Positions 60,106 through 61,579 of a stretch of 61,579 nt of DNA are shown piece by piece. The stretch comes from a virus. Taxonomy: Duplodnaviria; Heunggongvirae; Uroviricota; Caudoviricetes. The stretch's first letter is position 1. Every line of letters begins with the position of its first letter. A model generated the notes under the pieces. The model saw only the letters and a list, made by a program, of their open reading frames with translations, was not told where the DNA came from and ran no database searches. The position numbers and the translations under genes are program-made. The stretch is from positions 1 through 61,579 of IMG/VR virus record IMGVR_UViG_3300013426_000013. One strand, 5' to 3'.

Positions 60106-60540
60106 TTGAAAAAAAGAATAGGACACAATTGCCAATCATTTAAAAAGTTATCAGAACAAACAGACGATTGGGTGTATTCAACAATCTTTTTGGGTAACCG
60201 TTATGAAAGAAGAAGATTAACATTTCTGATTTCATTACTGTTTGGTAATTATGCAAACAAACCTGTCATTTATGATCATATAAAGAAAGAAGTTTTAATT
60301 CCGGAATGCCTTTATATAATAACATATAATAATTCCAGCAAAACATATTTTTTTAATATAAAATATAAAAACCATAAAGCAAATAGCAATTGTTGTAATG
60401 TAGTTGTTTCTAAAGATTTATGGGATGAGATGATTCATTTAAAAAACAAATTTATGGATTTATGTTTTGAAATTGATAAAAATAATGTTGTCCATATAGT
60501 AAAACAACATGCAGGTTACTCATGTTTGAATAGTATTTAA
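60106..60540 (+). CDS. Small protein, NRY(D/E)RRR subfamily, with C-terminal motif
   Basis: STIFLGNRYERRRL; ends HAGYSCLNSI*. Confidence 0.78.
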   Translation: MKKRIGHNCQSFKKLSEQTDDWVYSTIFLGNRYERRRLTFLISLLFGNYANKPVIYDHIKKEVLIPECLYIITYNNSSKTYFFNIKYKNHKANSNCCNVVVSKDLWDEMIHLKNKFMDLCFEIDKNNVVHIVKQHAGYSCLNSI

Positions 60541-60599
60541 AAGCAGTTGACATCTGTTGTTTGTTATTGTAATATATTTAATATGATCAATGGGAAAAT

Positions 60600-60935
60600 G
60601 TGATTGAAATGAAGTTAACTAATAAACAATTGAAAGCTTTTGCTGATAAGTTGACAAGACATTTATCCAAATGTAAAGAAAATTGGATATCTGAAAATGC
60701 GTTTATTGAGTATATAAAAGAAGATAACTTCATTGATGTTGTTAATGGTAATTATCGATTGATGACAACGTGTCGTGTACAATATCTTCCAGAAATAGAA
60801 TATTGTATTTTAGGCATTGATGATTTTGATGTGTTGTATAAATATAGAAACAAGCTTAATCAGCTAGATGTCTATATTGCCGATGAAACGATTAAAGTTA
60901 GATCAATTGGTCAGATAACATTAAACGAACTGTAG
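60600..60935 (+). CDS. Small protein with C-terminal motif
   Basis: Ends SIGQITLNEL*. Confidence 0.78.
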   Translation: MIEMKLTNKQLKAFADKLTRHLSKCKENWISENAFIEYIKEDNFIDVVNGNYRLMTTCRVQYLPEIEYCILGIDDFDVLYKYRNKLNQLDVYIADETIKVRSIGQITLNEL

Positions 60936-60936
60936 A

Positions 60937-61428
60937 ATGTTGTTTAGGACAGGTTTAGCAATGACCAATAAAATAGGCTTTAAAAGGATAAAAGGTTTTA
61001 AAAAGAAAAAGCGACGTAATTGTAAGTCTCTTAAAAAGATGTCTGAACAACATGCTAATTCACTAGGTTGGATGCATTCAACAATCTTTTTAGGTAACCG
61101 TTACGATAGAAGACGGTTGTCATTTCTAATATCATTGTTATTCGATTGTATTCAAGGAAAGTCTGTTTTATACGATTCGAGTAGTTCGCAAATCTTAACA
61201 CCTGAAAAGATCACAAACGTTTCATATAACGCAATCGAGAAACAATATTATTTTCAAATTCAATGTGTTGGTTATCATTATGTCCTTTTGATTATTTCAC
61301 AAAAGTTGTGGCATGAATTGACTCATTTAAAAAACAAATATAGTGATTTAAAATATGAAACTGATGATATAGGTAACGAACATTTAGAAAAGCGTCAAAT
61401 TGGGGAAGCGTGTTTAGGTAACATATAA
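60937..61428 (+). CDS. Small protein, NRYDRRR subfamily, with C-terminal motif
   Basis: STIFLGNRYDRRRL; ends QIGEACLGNI*. Confidence 0.78.
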   Translation: MLFRTGLAMTNKIGFKRIKGFKKKKRRNCKSLKKMSEQHANSLGWMHSTIFLGNRYDRRRLSFLISLLFDCIQGKSVLYDSSSSQILTPEKITNVSYNAIEKQYYFQIQCVGYHYVLLIISQKLWHELTHLKNKYSDLKYETDDIGNEHLEKRQIGEACLGNI

Positions 61429-61579
61429 ATAAATTTTTATATAAAATCATATAAATATTCCTTGTATCTTTATTAAAAAGATGATGTCTAAATCTATAGG
61501 GTATTACTATCATGAGAGAGATATTTAAAAAGGTTGTTGAGAAAAATAGGTTTTGTAAAAAGATTTTTATTAAATCGTT

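Noticed and set aside
52151..61428. DNA-level repeat, integron-like cassette site or DGR behind the shared 3' ends
   Set aside because: Codons in the motif vary freely; no attC-like palindromes, integrase, reverse transcriptase or template repeat were seen in the window.
1..61579. Stop-codon reassignment as in some gut megaphages
   Set aside because: Coding density is high under the standard code, and TAG, TGA and TAA all occur directly after the terminal motif, so all three act as stops.
1..61579. tRNA or rRNA genes
   Set aside because: No cloverleaf with a GTTCRA T-arm was recognised by eye; tRNAscan/ARAGORN should confirm.

Overview
AT-rich, gene-dense segment of a large (jumbo-like) lytic dsDNA phage genome; no host housekeeping operons, tRNAs or CRISPR array were seen. 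Bases 1-11.7 kb are mostly minus strand: a split family A DNA polymerase half-gene, an amino-DNA methyltransferase, tail-fibre-like proteins, a deaminase, and a TnpB-only IS200/IS605-type element that disrupts one of four paralogues. From 12.3 kb almost everything is plus strand: an early/accessory region with sigma70-like promoters, a MoxR AAA+ ATPase with a vWA/metallopeptidase partner, an EcoRI-family methyltransferase with a DUF262-HNH nuclease, rIIA/rIIB-like genes, a degenerate serine resolvase and many small ORFs. Three patterns stand out. (1) At least 36 intact, largely unrelated proteins, plus one frameshifted gene and four Tyr variants, end in the same stop-anchored signal, [D/S/N/E]-[I/V]-G-x-x-x-L-x-x-[I/L/V]-COOH, suggesting an undescribed phage C-terminal tagging/targeting system. 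(2) An ~800-nt ORF-free, G-U-wobble-rich multi-hairpin element (18.9-19.7 kb) lies directly behind a strong promoter and looks like a large structured ncRNA or leader. (3) Four intergenic hairpins with unrelated stems share the loop UGAAANAU. All functional calls come from motifs read by eye; no database searches were run.
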